A DNA stretch of 58,597 bases, taken from a virus. Shown piece after piece: positions 57,534 through 58,597 of this stretch (the stretch's first letter is position 1; each line of letters begins with the position of its first letter). Both the position numbers and the translations under genes were made by a program. A model generated the notes under the pieces. The model was given only the letters and a program-made list of their open reading frames with translations, searched no databases and had not been told where the DNA came from. The stretch covers positions 1-58,597 of IMG/VR virus record IMGVR_UViG_3300045988_136606, one strand, 5' to 3'.

Positions 57534-58597
57534 TAAAGGCTAGCGCGGTTATAGAGAAATCTATAGCATAAATAGAGGGTTAAAATTGGAAAGCTAAGTA
57601 CAAATGTATATGCTAATCAATTACCACTTCATATAGGGATATATGAAAGGTTTAGAGACTAGGAGAAGTACTCTAGAACAGAAGAAACTTCCACGAAATC
57701 CTCTGCCCTAACGTAAAGCCGAGGGCAATGATATAGTCCAACTCTTATTTTGAATTTTCATATAGAGTATGCTATAATAAATATAGAATAACAAATATGA
57801 AAAGGAGAAATGCAATGTATAAAAATATTGATTTTTTTAAAAAGATGAAAGAAGAAGGCAAGACATTACAGGAAGTATCTCAAATGTGCAATGTAAGTAC
57901 TAAAACTATAACTAATTGGGAAAAAAGATTCGATATAAAATTAAGTAGAAGTAATACTAGAAAATACTATTTTGATGAAGAATACTTTTTAAACATAGAT
58001 AATGAAGAAAAAGCTTATTTTTTAGGATTAATAATGGCAGATGGGTACATAAATAAAGAAAACAGAACTCTAGTAGTTACTTTAAAAAATGAAGATTCGT
58101 ATATTTTAGAACAATTATTAAAAAGTGTAGGAAGTAATAATACTCTAAAAAATAAAAAAAATAATACTCAAAAATCAGCTATATTATGTTCTAAAAAAAT
58201 GGTAAATATATTGAATGAAAAATTTAGTTTGTATCCTAATAAAACTTATAATTTAAAATTTCCTGTTTTAAAAGAAGAATTAATGAGACACTTTTTAAGA
58301 GGATATTTTGATGGAGACGGATATATAGGAGAAAGACAATGCTCATTAATTATAGCTAGCGAGTGTTTTTTAAATGGAGTTTTATCATTTTACAAAAAAG
58401 TTTTTAATAAAGATATTTACGTTGAAGAATTTGAACATTATTATAATTTGAGATTTAATAAAAAGGATAGAGATATTATAAAATATATGTATGAAGATTC
58501 TAACATTTTTTTAAAAAGAAAAAAAGAAAGATATGAAAAATATTGGAGTGCATTGTAGGGAAACCTAAGTTCTAGGATAAAGAGCCTAGACAATGAA
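57534..58597 (+). ncRNA. Group I intron in the tape measure gene (about 1070 nt; continues to position 61 after the wrap)
   Basis: Exon 1 ends in U. P1 GCGU/GCGC and P2 TATAG-agaaat-CTATA. It shares these blocks with the terL intron: GGGTTAAAATTGGAA.GCTAAGTACAAATGTATATGCTAATCAATTACCA, CCACGAAATCC, ATAGTC..AACT and GGATAAAGAGCCT. Confidence 0.8.
57815..58558 (+). CDS. LAGLIDADG homing endonuclease (intron-encoded, double-motif)
   Basis: Motifs YFLGLIMADGYI and LRGYFDGDGYIG. RBS aaaaggag. The C-terminus overlaps the intron 3' core. Confidence 0.85.
   Translation: MYKNIDFFKKMKEEGKTLQEVSQMCNVSTKTITNWEKRFDIKLSRSNTRKYYFDEEYFLNIDNEEKAYFLGLIMADGYINKENRTLVVTLKNEDSYILEQLLKSVGSNNTLKNKKNNTQKSAILCSKKMVNILNEKFSLYPNKTYNLKFPVLKEELMRHFLRGYFDGDGYIGERQCSLIIASECFLNGVLSFYKKVFNKDIYVEEFEHYYNLRFNKKDRDIIKYMYEDSNIFLKRKKERYEKYWSAL

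Noticed and set aside
57534-57571. C-terminal 12 residues (KASAVIEKSIA) of tracked ORF 57161-57571
   Set aside because: These are read-through into intron sequence. The conserved TMP motif continues at position 62 after the intron.

Overview
The window is a complete, strongly AT-rich temperate siphovirus-type phage or prophage genome. It is assembled as a circle: bases 1-55 repeat 58543-58597, so the unique length is 58542 bp. The host looks like a Clostridia or Peptostreptococcaceae Firmicute.

Layout:
- Tail and host-recognition module, 62-17313.
- Lysis cassette, 17865-19240.
- Minus-strand accessory (moron) island, 19283-23503.
- Plasmid-like block with an FtsK/HerA/VirB4-type ATPase, 23729-28399.
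- Lysogeny module with a large serine recombinase and divergent CI/Cro-like repressors, 28640-31628.
- Early, replication and recombination genes, 31693-44483.
- Long structured non-coding leader, 44484-45040.
- Packaging, head, connector and tail genes, 45041-57533.

Most notable content:
1. A 403-aa miniature RuvC/zinc-finger nuclease of the Cas12f/TnpB lineage sits 29 nt from a CRISPR array of 8 repeats of 29 nt. The repeat family resembles host type I-B repeats. A non-coding region carrying anti-repeat-like fragments lies on the far side of the array. There are no adaptation genes, no Cascade genes and no tnpA.
2. Two paralogous group I introns split the large terminase gene and the tape measure gene. 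The tape measure intron carries a LAGLIDADG endonuclease and spans the window junction.
3. Other items: many free-standing homing endonucleases, a stand-alone NrdD-type glycyl-radical mini-protein, a Spo0E-like peptide, an extra sigma factor, and tail proteins carrying several glycan-degrading domains.

All functional calls come from motif recognition by eye. No database search was run.
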